From a virus (taxonomy: Duplodnaviria; Heunggongvirae; Uroviricota; Caudoviricetes): a stretch of DNA of 64,000 nucleotides. A program made the translations under genes and the position numbers. Numbering within the stretch: position 1 is the first letter of the stretch; each line of letters starts with the position of its first letter. Positions 44,932 through 53,223 of the stretch are shown here, in pieces. The notes under the pieces are model-generated. The model was not told where the DNA came from, ran no database searches, and worked only from the letters and a program-made list of their open reading frames with translations. The stretch covers positions 59,622 through 123,621 of the IMG/VR virus record IMGVR_UViG_2974625098_000001, one strand, 5' to 3'.

Positions 44932-45585
44932 ATGGATATGATTGAGTACCCCAAGACCGAGAACCTGTACAAGCGGAACCCCAAGAAGAAGTCTGAACTG
45001 ATTATCGGTGAGTTCACCCGGCCGGAATTTGCGCTTATCAATAAGTGGCATGTAACCGAGAAGGTGGACGGCACGAACGTTCAGCTCAAGTTCTTCAAGG
45101 ACGGCCTTTGGGAGTGGTACGGTCGGACTGCGAACGCGCAGTTTACCATTGGCCAGAACGATTATCTCGATGACCTTGGCTTTGCGATTCACCAGGACGT
45201 AGCGCGGGGAATGGAACAGTTCAACCTGGACACCATGACCCTGTACGGTGAGCTGTACGGCCCGAAGATTCAGGCGGGCGGGAATTATTCCGATGTCCTC
45301 GGATTCCGCATGTTTGACATCATGGTCAACGATAAGACCTGGCTGGGTGCGGACCAGGTAAAGGCGAATGCGGATGTGTTCGGCCTGGATTATGTTCCGT
45401 ACTTTGGTCACCTGACCACGGATGAGATTTTCGAGATGGTCAGCACTGGCTTTGTCTCGACGTTCTCTCAGAACCGTGAGTATCAGGCAGAGGGAATCGT
45501 GGCGGTTACGCCGGTTCCGATGTACGACCAGCGGGGAGCGCGAATCAAGTTCAAGTTGAAGACGAAGGACTTGAAGTATGTGTGA
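44932..45585 (+). CDS. second ATP-dependent RNA ligase (Rnl2-like nucleotidyltransferase-only type)
   Basis: motif I TEKVDGTNV (KxDG), motif IV AEGIVAV, motif V RIKFKLK; 217 aa. Confidence 0.6.
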   Translation: MDMIEYPKTENLYKRNPKKKSELIIGEFTRPEFALINKWHVTEKVDGTNVQLKFFKDGLWEWYGRTANAQFTIGQNDYLDDLGFAIHQDVARGMEQFNLDTMTLYGELYGPKIQAGGNYSDVLGFRMFDIMVNDKTWLGADQVKANADVFGLDYVPYFGHLTTDEIFEMVSTGFVSTFSQNREYQAEGIVAVTPVPMYDQRGARIKFKLKTKDLKYV

Positions 45586-45778
45586 GCCTGTTCAGAAAGA
45601 AATCGACCCGGCTGTTGGTCCGTGTGTTTGCGGCGATTCAGTTTGGTCTGCTGTTGGACATTGTCCTGGTAAGGACGGGGACCTGAGAGCTTATTACTCT
45701 TGTCCTCGCCGCGAGGGTCTGTTCAAAATTGGTGAGCTGTTGCCCGAGAGTTCTTATCTCAAGCGCCACGGCTTTTAA
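45578..45778 (+). CDS. Cys-rich small protein
   Basis: track ORF; overlap ATGTGTGA. Confidence 0.45.
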   Translation: MCEPVQKEIDPAVGPCVCGDSVWSAVGHCPGKDGDLRAYYSCPRREGLFKIGELLPESSYLKRHGF

Positions 45779-45807
45779 TCACCAGCCCCCGAAAGGGGGC
45801 AAGCTCG

Positions 45808-45845
45808 CAAAATCCGTGAGATTTTCCTACCCTTTCGTAAAGGAG
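45808..45845 (+). promoter_or_regulatory. copy 4 of bipartite motif AAAATCCGTGAGATTTT-N16-CGTAAAGGAG
   Basis: directly after a hairpin-AAGCTC element; ends 7 nt before ATG 45852. Confidence 0.45.
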
Positions 45846-45851
45846 AGACGC

Positions 45852-46130
45852 ATGTCTCAGCCCTGGAGCATCACCGGCTGGTCTACTGAGTTCCGGCAGG
45901 TTGGTCCCGAGGAATATCGATACAAGGTCAAGGACCCAGAGGGAAAGACCTGGCACCGTAACGGGGTTTCTGAGTTCACCGCTCAGGGCACCCAGCAAGA
46001 GGCTCTGGCCGAGATGAAGGACAAGGTTAGGTCTTTCGTCAGCACCTATGCCGCAGCGAAGGCACCGGTACAGGTCTACACCTTCTTTGATGAGAACGAC
46101 GACCCTCGTGAGGTTGACACAACGAGCTAG
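45852..46130 (+). CDS. hypothetical protein
   Basis: ATG 45852 in frame of track ORF 45729. Confidence 0.5.
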   Translation: MSQPWSITGWSTEFRQVGPEEYRYKVKDPEGKTWHRNGVSEFTAQGTQQEALAEMKDKVRSFVSTYAAAKAPVQVYTFFDENDDPREVDTTS

Positions 46131-46175
46131 GGTCTGTATATTCTTTCTTGTCAGCACGACAACGAAGGGAAGCAC

Positions 46176-46436
46176 ATGAACGACATGGTTACTTTTGAGG
46201 CAAGCGCTGATGGTGGCTGGCACTACTTCACGGTTCGTTTTCTCGGAGGCAACCTGGACGCTCGTGCGGCCAACTACGTGAAGCGTAACGTTCACCTTGT
46301 GTTTCTGATTGATGATGACCAGCTCGATGGCCACCCGCTTTTGCAGGAAGCTCTTTATCCTTCCTGTGAGCACGGTCTGTCTCTTAGCCTCTGCGCTGGC
46401 CCTGGTCACTACCCGATGGATAATCAGTTCGTCTAA
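46176..46436 (+). CDS. hypothetical protein
   Basis: track ORF. Confidence 0.5.
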   Translation: MNDMVTFEASADGGWHYFTVRFLGGNLDARAANYVKRNVHLVFLIDDDQLDGHPLLQEALYPSCEHGLSLSLCAGPGHYPMDNQFV

Positions 46437-46463
46437 AAAATCGGGCGGGTTCGCCCGCCAAGC

Positions 46464-46492
46464 TTGACGCTACAAGCGTCGCCATGTACGAT
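46464..46492 (+). promoter_or_regulatory. promoter TTGACG-N17-TACGAT fused to hairpin-AAGCTT element
   Basis: AAGCTTGACG; near-consensus hexamers. Confidence 0.4.
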
Positions 46493-46520
46493 GGTTACAC
46501 CTTCTCGGGAAAGAGGACAT

Positions 46521-46970
46521 GTGAACCTGATGCTTGCTGAGCGTATGGCCCGTAAGCTGATGCTGGACCACGGTCTGTACGGCTGGAATTTCAAGTGGGA
46601 CAATGCAGCTCGCCGGTTCGGGCAGACCGATTATTCCAAGGCCACCATTTCGCTGTCTCGTAAGCTGACTGTTCAGCGAACCGAGGACGCCGTTCGTAAC
46701 ACGATTCTCCACGAGATTGCCCACGCTCTTACTCCGGGAGCTGGCCACGGTCCTAAGTGGCGAGCCAAGGCCCTGTCTATCGGATGTAACGGAAAGCGTT
46801 GTTCGGATGACCCGGTTGAGGTTAAGCCGAATTGGATTGGCAAGTGCCCGAATGGGCACACGGCCGGTACTCGTCTCCGTCGTCCTTCTGCCAAGGCCCG
46901 CCCGATGTCGTGTGGTAAGTGCTCTCCGGTTTACAACGACAAGTACGTTATCCGCTGGGTTGCGGCATAA
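46521..46970 (+). CDS. SprT-like zinc metalloprotease domain protein
   Basis: YGWNFKWDNAARRFG ... ILHEIAHAL (HExxH) plus C-terminal CxxC zinc ribbon; GTG start after GAAAGAGGA. Confidence 0.55.
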   Translation: MNLMLAERMARKLMLDHGLYGWNFKWDNAARRFGQTDYSKATISLSRKLTVQRTEDAVRNTILHEIAHALTPGAGHGPKWRAKALSIGCNGKRCSDDPVEVKPNWIGKCPNGHTAGTRLRRPSAKARPMSCGKCSPVYNDKYVIRWVAA

Positions 46971-47016
46971 TCTACTGGGGTCGAAAGACCCCAAGCTTCC
47001 CCAATTAGGAGATATA

Positions 47017-47238
47017 ATGAACAAGTGGCTTGCCAAGCACGCGTCCACAATCAGCCTTTTCCTGGCTGGGTGGTTCTTGGTGAATGCTGTTCTGGATGCC
47101 GTGAGCGGTAAGTGGAGCGAGTTCTGGCTCGACCTGATTATCGTTGTTAGCAACCTGAACCTTGCTGTGTATGAGCACGAAATTAAGCACGGGCTTCTTG
47201 TGCGGCCGAAGCGGGACAGCTTCGACTATTCCAAGTAA
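47017..47238 (+). CDS. small membrane protein
   Basis: RBS TTAGGAGATATA then ATG 47017; in frame of track ORF 46717. Confidence 0.5.
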   Translation: MNKWLAKHASTISLFLAGWFLVNAVLDAVSGKWSEFWLDLIIVVSNLNLAVYEHEIKHGLLVRPKRDSFDYSK

Positions 47239-47286
47239 TACTCGCGGGCCGAAAGGCCCGCAAGCTTCCCTACCAAGGAGAATGAA

Positions 47287-47523
47287 ATGCGTAAGCGCAG
47301 CGACGGTTATATGTTCGCGTTCCTGGTTAACCTGGCGGGGTTCTTCATTAACCTGGCCCTGTTCATTATCTGGGCACACCAGGACTTTGTTCCGGGAATG
47401 GCTATCAACGGATGCGCTGGGGCGTTTTCCTTCACGCTGGCGATGGTCAACCTGTCTCGTTACCTCAAGGCTTCTTTCGATGAGGACATGGACGAGATTT
47501 ACCGCCGGATTTACGGCAAGTAG
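47287..47523 (+). CDS. small 2-TM membrane protein
   Basis: track ORF; RBS CCAAGGAGAATG. Confidence 0.55.
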   Translation: MRKRSDGYMFAFLVNLAGFFINLALFIIWAHQDFVPGMAINGCAGAFSFTLAMVNLSRYLKASFDEDMDEIYRRIYGK

Positions 47524-47569
47524 CAACACCTGGCCCGCAAGGGCCAAGCTTTCCAACGAAGGGAATAAA

Positions 47570-47785
47570 ATGGCCGGGTATGACTCAAAGTCTGAGAACC
47601 GGATGGTGGTCTCTATTGCGGCCATCGTCGCAACGGTTATTCTCGGTGGGATTGGTGCTGGAGCCTTTACAGCTCACGAGAACAACATCAAGTCTCGCAA
47701 GGTTGCAACGGTGTGTGCTGAGCATGGTGGCACTTTCCGTCAGGGTGGCCAAGGCGAGATGACTTGCGACGGCATTAAGAAGTAA
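47570..47785 (+). CDS. small membrane-anchored protein
   Basis: RBS GAAGGGAATAAA then ATG 47570. Confidence 0.5.
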   Translation: MAGYDSKSENRMVVSIAAIVATVILGGIGAGAFTAHENNIKSRKVATVCAEHGGTFRQGGQGEMTCDGIKK

Positions 47786-47859
47786 CCAACCTGCCCGGCA
47801 ACGGGCAAGCTACATATGGTGGTACAAAAAACCGCTGTATGGCTTTCTAAGGAGGAAAA

Positions 47860-48150
47860 ATGCGGGTGTGGCTCGATGACCTTCGGGAAGCTCCGAGCGG
47901 CTGGCTATGGCTCACCAGTAGCCGTACAGCCATCACCTGGCTTGAGTGGGCCAAGATGCTCAACGCTAGGCCAGAAGTTATGTCGTTTGACCATGACCTA
48001 GGGGGTAGCGACACCTCGCGGGCTGTGGTACTTTGGATGTGTGAGAACGAGTTCTGGCCTGACCAGTGCTTTATCCACAGTGCCAACCCAGTAGGCCGCG
48101 AGTGGCTGGCTGGTATGATTAACCGCTACGGACCTGGAGTGTCGCGATGA
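47860..48150 (+). CDS. hypothetical protein
   Basis: track ORF; RBS CTAAGGAGGAAAA. Confidence 0.55.
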   Translation: MRVWLDDLREAPSGWLWLTSSRTAITWLEWAKMLNARPEVMSFDHDLGGSDTSRAVVLWMCENEFWPDQCFIHSANPVGREWLAGMINRYGPGVSR

Positions 48151-48431
48151 GTTGGCAGGCAGGCTTGGAAGAGGCTCTTGACGAGCTGGAAATTCCGTGC
48201 TTTATTTCTAACATCAACGGTCGTAAGGTCGTTCGTGTTGAGATGGGCAGTAAGGCCATCGAGATTGAGCGTTGGGGCAGCAAGATTTTCTTCTCCGTCA
48301 TGGAGTGGGACGAGACTGGTGGCCTGACTGACGAAATCTCGCACACCGAAGTGTCTCTTACGGACGAGACCCCCGTAACAGCTTCCCGTCTGGCAGAAAT
48401 CGCTCTCAGCATTTACTCGGAATACGAGTAA
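48147..48431 (+). CDS. hypothetical protein
   Basis: track ORF; ATGA overlap. Confidence 0.5.
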   Translation: MSWQAGLEEALDELEIPCFISNINGRKVVRVEMGSKAIEIERWGSKIFFSVMEWDETGGLTDEISHTEVSLTDETPVTASRLAEIALSIYSEYE

Positions 48432-48535
48432 GGTATAATTGAATATAAGGCCCGGCTGTTCGCGGTCGGGCCTTTAGCTTGCCCCAAGCAAAACCAATCA
48501 ACCCAATCCGGCGTGGTTTACCGGAGTAAGGAGAA

Positions 48536-48997
48536 ATGCTAATGCGTAAGGTGATTTCGGTCGTAGCTATTGCGGCTGGTTTTACTCTTGCTATGTCGCA
48601 GAATGCTAACGCGACCACTGTTCAGTCCAAGGCATATAGTGTTGCCAAGGCGCAGCTCGGAGACCCCTATGTTTACGGGGCCGTTGGGCCTAACTCGTTT
48701 GACTGTTCGGGTCTCACCCAGTATTCGTATAAAAAGGCCGGGAAGTATATTCCCCATTACACAGGTTCACAGTTCAAGTACACCAATGACATCACTGTGA
48801 ATCAGCGTGTGCCGGGGGATTTGATTTTCTGGTCTCATAAGGGAACACATGACCGGTTCCATGTGAGCATGTATGCTGGCAACGGCTATATGATTCACGC
48901 CAACGCCGGTTCGTACCTTGGCTACAAGGTGGTCAAGGAAAAGGTTGGCTCCTACTGGTCCAAGCACTACAATGGCGATTATCGCCGGGTCAAGTAA
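48536..48997 (+). CDS. secreted NlpC/P60 family cell-wall peptidase
   Basis: signal peptide; DPYVYGAVGPNSFDCSGLTQYSY (Cys), HVSMY/MIHA (His) NlpC/P60 motifs. Confidence 0.65.
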   Translation: MLMRKVISVVAIAAGFTLAMSQNANATTVQSKAYSVAKAQLGDPYVYGAVGPNSFDCSGLTQYSYKKAGKYIPHYTGSQFKYTNDITVNQRVPGDLIFWSHKGTHDRFHVSMYAGNGYMIHANAGSYLGYKVVKEKVGSYWSKHYNGDYRRVK

Positions 48998-49049
48998 GGT
49001 ACTTGACAGCCAGGCTTCGGTCTGGCAAGCTTCCTACCAGGAGGTAAAA

Positions 49050-49226
49050 ATGAAGTCGGTTCTTGCGTCCCTCGGGTACTTCCTTATGGTACTCTGGTTC
49101 TGCATCGGCCTGGTAAATATGGCGTCCGACAAGCCCCTGTGGCTGGTCGCTATCAACTTCGGTACCGCTTGCATCTGGGGTGTCACTGCTACCTTGTGGA
49201 TGGTTGCGGCAGCGAACGAGAGATAA
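49050..49226 (+). CDS. 58-aa 2-TM membrane protein (holin-like candidate)
   Basis: RBS CCAGGAGGTAAAA then ATG 49050; directly downstream of the peptidase. Confidence 0.45.
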   Translation: MKSVLASLGYFLMVLWFCIGLVNMASDKPLWLVAINFGTACIWGVTATLWMVAAANER

Positions 49227-49319
49227 TGCTTGACAGCCAGACGAAAGTCTGGCAAGCTTATTACATCACCACGAAGGGAGGCGGAATGAATGTGTTAGTA
49301 CCTTAAGGAGGTATTAATA

Positions 49320-49469
49320 TGGCCAAGATGATTGGCAAGTTCTGCCCCGATGGCCCTGGTGGTCGTGACTGCTACTGCTGCGGTCAGGCTCCGGGAAAGA
49401 GCCGTAAGCTGGCTCGACGCGCTAAGAAGCGTGGCAAGAAGAATAACGCCTGGCGACGGGAGGTCTGAT
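49320..49469 (+). CDS. 49-aa basic Cys-containing protein
   Basis: RBS TTAAGGAGGTATTAAT then ATG. Confidence 0.4.
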
Positions 49470-49472
49470 AAG

Positions 49473-49613
49473 ATGGCTCGTATGATGGCTAAGAGCCGCC
49501 GCTACAAGGTGGGCTGGCGGTTCTGCTGCAAGGGTCACGACCCCAACTGGTACGTGAAGACCGGGCAGCGCCAGAAGGAAAAGCGTCAGTGGCGCAAGGA
49601 CCTGGTTGACTAA
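49473..49613 (+). CDS. 46-aa basic Cys-containing protein (paralog of previous)
   Basis: RBS GGGAGGTCTGATAAG then ATG. Confidence 0.4.
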   Translation: MARMMAKSRRYKVGWRFCCKGHDPNWYVKTGQRQKEKRQWRKDLVD

Positions 49614-49867
49614 GAACCCGCCAGGGTGTATATTCCAGTTAAGCAAGACGGCGGCGGGTGGTGACTCAGACTCCCACCCGCACGCCAAGCTAGCCTACTG
49701 GTGTATAGGCGTCCCGCTAACGGACGAAAGCACGCCGAGACTATAATCTCGGAGGACCAGAATTAACTGGGTGGGTCGATTCTTCCCGTTGATACCCGGA
49801 TTGCGGCCTCATAGTCGCGAATATGAGTGACCGTAACATCGGTTGCAAACGATAAAGGGTGGAGGGG

Positions 49868-49941
49868 TGCGCTGATAGCATTATTGGTTTAATGCGCCGA
49901 ACGCAATTCGGAGATTCCAGGTTCGAATCCTGGTAGCGTAC
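49868..49941 (+). tRNA. tRNA-like element with aberrant anticodon arm
   Basis: acceptor TGCGCTG/TAGCGTA with G:U pairs; perfect D stem GCAT/ATGC; T arm CCAGG-TTCGAAT-CCTGG; anticodon stem only 4 bp with loop ACGCAAT. Confidence 0.35.
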
Positions 49942-49944
49942 TAG

Positions 49945-49987
49945 GCCCCGGATAATTCTTATGTTAGAGTTATCCGGGGCTTCTGTC
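49945..49987 (+). terminator. long hairpin, possible terminator
   Basis: GCCCCGGATAA-loop-TTATCCGGGGC then TTCTGTCTATT. Confidence 0.4.
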
Positions 49988-50005
49988 TATTCAAAGGGGA
50001 ATGTA

Positions 50006-50296
50006 ATGACAGGGAAAGTATCGGTACGACACCTGATGCAAGCTAGTGTGTTCGCGGATGTTGACACACGGAGAATATCCAAGGAAGAGTTCGTCGCTCG
50101 TCACTTTGACATGACGGACATCGAGTTCATAAAGTATGTTGAGGTAAACGGAATCCCCGGCTGTATCTGCTATGACCCGGACGAGGATTGCGTGTATGAT
50201 GGACACAAGCGTATTATCCTCGCATGGTTGCTTGATGTAGAGGAAGTAGAGTACGCTTACGGAGAATCACAGTTCCTTCTCGACCTGGAGTTTTAA
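50006..50296 (+). CDS. hypothetical protein
   Basis: ATG 50006 after GGGGAATGTA; in frame of track ORF 49961. Confidence 0.45.
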   Translation: MTGKVSVRHLMQASVFADVDTRRISKEEFVARHFDMTDIEFIKYVEVNGIPGCICYDPDEDCVYDGHKRIILAWLLDVEEVEYAYGESQFLLDLEF

Positions 50297-50562
50297 TGCC
50301 TAAGAAGCCTGTTGACCTGACCGGTTGGAAGTACGAGATTGAGCTTTCCCCCGGTTACAAGGTAGGGTTTGCCAATCAGTACCGGGCCAGGATTACTACG
50401 CCCGAGGGTGAGTCGCTGACCACCTTCCCGTTTGGTGGAGACACCATCGGCGTGTACGCCTGGACAGACAAGCGCGCAGAGCGTAAGGTAATCAAGGTAA
50501 TCGAGAAGTTCGTTCGTAACGAGCAGGCTCGCGAGGACAGCAAGCGTTCCGCTACTCTCTAA
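50296..50562 (+). CDS. hypothetical protein
   Basis: track ORF; TAATG overlap. Confidence 0.5.
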   Translation: MPKKPVDLTGWKYEIELSPGYKVGFANQYRARITTPEGESLTTFPFGGDTIGVYAWTDKRAERKVIKVIEKFVRNEQAREDSKRSATL

Positions 50563-50635
50563 GGGGTACGAATATGTTCGACATTTTCGATGAGGACGAC
50601 GACATGCACACCGAGGGTCAGCTCCGGGAGTTCTG

Positions 50636-50830
50636 ATGACCAGTCGGGAAAAGCGACTCTACTGGGGTTGCGCCATCGTGGTCGGGCTTATGCTGGTGGC
50701 CACCTGGTTTATCCTGAAAGCCCCGACCCCGCAAGACAGCCCGCAGGAATGCCAAAAGGCAGGCGGGGTATGGGTGGACAGCAAGACCAACGCTTTTGAT
50801 GGGTGCATGTTCACTCACATAAAGCGTTGA
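50636..50830 (+). CDS. small membrane-anchored protein
   Basis: track ORF. Confidence 0.45.
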   Translation: MTSREKRLYWGCAIVVGLMLVATWFILKAPTPQDSPQECQKAGGVWVDSKTNAFDGCMFTHIKR

Positions 50831-50835
50831 GTTAC

Positions 50836-50872
50836 GGCCGGTTCTATGATTAGAACCGGCCAAGCTTTTTAT
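50836..50872 (+). terminator. terminator hairpin followed by AAGCTTTTTAT
   Basis: GGCCGGTTCTA-TGAT-TAGAACCGGCC then AAGCTTTTTATC. Confidence 0.6.
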
Positions 50873-51040
50873 CTCGGGAGGTAGTCATGTGTACCGATGG
50901 TAAGGACCACGAGTGGGTCATCTGGTCCGGAAAGTTTCGTTGCCGCAAGTGTGGCACTACAGGCTAGGACCGTGTAAGATAATCAGTACAGGGCGGGGGA
51001 GACCCCGCCAAGCTCTCCAATCTAATCTCGGGAGGATTTA

Positions 51041-51583
51041 ATGATTGGGTGCGTCACCGAGGCCATCGAGATTGCCTCGTGGGAGATTGAGTACGACGAC
51101 GAGCACGACGAATATGTTTTCATCCCCGAGGGTTGGACGTACCTTGGTGAGGGTGAGTCGAGAATTGCTTTCCTCTCTCCGTCTGGTGTGGTATACAAGC
51201 GCGAGGTCAACGATGGCGAGTGGTTCGGTGCCAACTCGATAGAATATCGCTACCTTCGTAAGGCGGCGGGTATTCCGGTTCAGGGCTGGCGTGTCCCCGA
51301 GCACCAACTGTACGATATTCCGGTTGGCTACAAGATGGTTAGCGTCATGGCCATGGAATTCGTCGGTGGAGAGTTTGACGCTTGGTGCGACATGAGCCAG
51401 GGTAAGTGCAACTGCGAGAAGCCTGGTGGAATATGTTCCCGAGCTGCTGCGCTTGCTGCTGCGGCGGCCTGGGGAGTGACTGACATCCACCGTGGCAACG
51501 TCCGCGTGCAATGGGACGGGACTCGGGTTATCATTGATGCTGCTGGTGACCTTGAAGAGGAAGAATATGAGGAGGTAGCATAA
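51041..51583 (+). CDS. protein kinase-like domain protein (paralog A)
   Basis: GEGESRIAFLSPSGVVYKRE (Gly-rich loop plus VYK lysine), DIHRGNV, VIIDAAG; similar to ORF 63047. Confidence 0.45.
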   Translation: MIGCVTEAIEIASWEIEYDDEHDEYVFIPEGWTYLGEGESRIAFLSPSGVVYKREVNDGEWFGANSIEYRYLRKAAGIPVQGWRVPEHQLYDIPVGYKMVSVMAMEFVGGEFDAWCDMSQGKCNCEKPGGICSRAAALAAAAAWGVTDIHRGNVRVQWDGTRVIIDAAGDLEEEEYEEVA

Positions 51584-51704
51584 TGACCAAGCAGGATGAA
51601 CGAACGCAAGCTATACTGGAACTGCGGCGGGGTTCTAGGGCTCAGCCGATTCCCAGCAAGAAAAAGTATCGTCGCAAGAAAAAACATCGTAACAAGGAGG
51701 ACTG
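51582..51704 (+). CDS. 40-aa highly basic protein
   Basis: TAATG overlap; KKKYRRKKKHRNKED. Confidence 0.25.
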
Positions 51705-51862
51705 AGATGGTTTGTCCGTTCTGTAAGCGAATGATTTGCATTTGTCGCCGCATCCTGGGGCGATAAAAAATCTTGGGTGGGTGCTTGCGCCCACCAAGCT
51801 CGGTAGGATACAGTAGTCCTACCAACAAGGGGAACGAACCCCTAATAATCTCGGGAGAATAC

Positions 51863-52537
51863 ATGAACAAGCGTACTGCTCTTGTCTCTCTGGTCGCCGG
51901 TGGCGCGATGGTCCTGACCGGTTGTTCCGGTTACGACTGGGACTCCGCTCCGGATTACTACAAGCCCCGCGCTTTCGGAGAGAAGAACAAGTGCTACTAC
52001 GCCAAGTACCGTTCCGAGGCTGAGAAGTTGAAGAAGGAAGGCTTCTGCAAGGACGGTTGGGTTCCGACCGTTATGCCGACGTACTGGCTGAACATGTACG
52101 CGCCTTACTACTTCTCTTCCGAGTACCGCAACTACTACGTGCCGAAGTCGAAGCGCGGTCTGTACAAGTCCTACGGTACGAGCTACACGATTAAGCACAA
52201 CGAGGCTATTCGTAAGGCTCAGGCCAAGGCTGTCTACACCGACAACAACGGCAAGAAGGTCAACGGAAATAAGGTTGACCTGAATAAGTTCGGTGGTGGT
52301 TCGAAGTCCAAGGGTGGCAGCGGCGTTCGTATCTGCGCGGCTGGTGAGCCTGGGCAGGTTGTGGTTGCCCTCGGCGGAGGCCGTGGCGGCTCGTCTGGCG
52401 GCTTTGGTGGCTCGCGTGGTGGTTCTTCTCGGAGCGGCGGTTTCGGTGGCTCTAAGGGCGGCTCTAGCGGCTCCTCGGGCGGCTGGGGCGGTGGCTCTGG
52501 CAAGGCCAAGAGCGGTGTCACTCGCGGTGGCTGCTAA
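51863..52537 (+). CDS. lipoprotein with Gly/Ser-rich C-terminal repeats
   Basis: signal peptide with lipobox LTGC; C-terminal GGSxGG repeats; ATG 51863 in frame of track ORF 51773. Confidence 0.55.
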   Translation: MNKRTALVSLVAGGAMVLTGCSGYDWDSAPDYYKPRAFGEKNKCYYAKYRSEAEKLKKEGFCKDGWVPTVMPTYWLNMYAPYYFSSEYRNYYVPKSKRGLYKSYGTSYTIKHNEAIRKAQAKAVYTDNNGKKVNGNKVDLNKFGGGSKSKGGSGVRICAAGEPGQVVVALGGGRGGSSGGFGGSRGGSSRSGGFGGSKGGSSGSSGGWGGGSGKAKSGVTRGGC

Positions 52538-52596
52538 GTAGTACCGAGGGGCTGGGAAACCAGCCCCTCAAGCTTTTTATACCAAGGAGGGAAATA

Positions 52597-52827
52597 ATGC
52601 TGACTCGTCGTGAGGCTGCTATTATTACCGCGTACACCGGAATTACTCTGGGAGACTTCAACGCCTTCTCTGACTATGCGGAAGAGAAGCTTGGGACTCC
52701 GCCCGGTAGTGCTGAGTTGGGCAGCAAGCATTGGTGGGATAGACTGCACGAGGCTTCCAAGGCTGACTTCCTGGCTCTTGAGATTGAGCCTCGGCGGGAG
52801 CGTCCTCCATTTCCGGGTAACAAGTAG
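52597..52827 (+). CDS. hypothetical protein
   Basis: track ORF; RBS CCAAGGAGGGAAATA. Confidence 0.55.
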   Translation: MLTRREAAIITAYTGITLGDFNAFSDYAEEKLGTPPGSAELGSKHWWDRLHEASKADFLALEIEPRRERPPFPGNK

Positions 52828-52849
52828 GGTTTCGTAAAAGGGGAGATTA

Positions 52850-52948
52850 TGTTTACTAAGTGGTTCTGGTTCGTCGGCATCCTGGCCCTCGGCTGGGCGG
52901 GCTTCATCATCTGGGCAATTACTCGGGTGGTTCTGCACTTCACCTGAG
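52850..52948 (+). CDS. 32-aa hydrophobic peptide
   Basis: RBS AAAGGGGAGATT then ATG. Confidence 0.3.
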
Positions 52949-53223
52949 AAAACGGCGGGGTTTCGTAAACAAGACCCCGCAAGCTTCCCTGATTGACAGG
53001 GATAATTTGGATATGTTAGGCTTCCGGTATGAGATTCGAAATTAAGGAAGAAACATACAAGCACGGTCGTAAGACCGAAAAGCAGTTCGCAATCTTTGAT
53101 AAGTTCAAGGGCGAGGTTGTCGTCCGATACGCTGAGCGCAAGAAGTGCCAGGAACTTATCGATAAGTACGAAGCTGCTCAGGCTGCTGCGGAAAAGTAGC
53201 AGATAAATTCTCGGGAGAGTCCA

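Noticed and set aside
44046-45074. 342-aa minus-strand ORF
   Set aside because: It spans several well-supported plus-strand genes and three hairpin-AAGCT elements and has no motifs.
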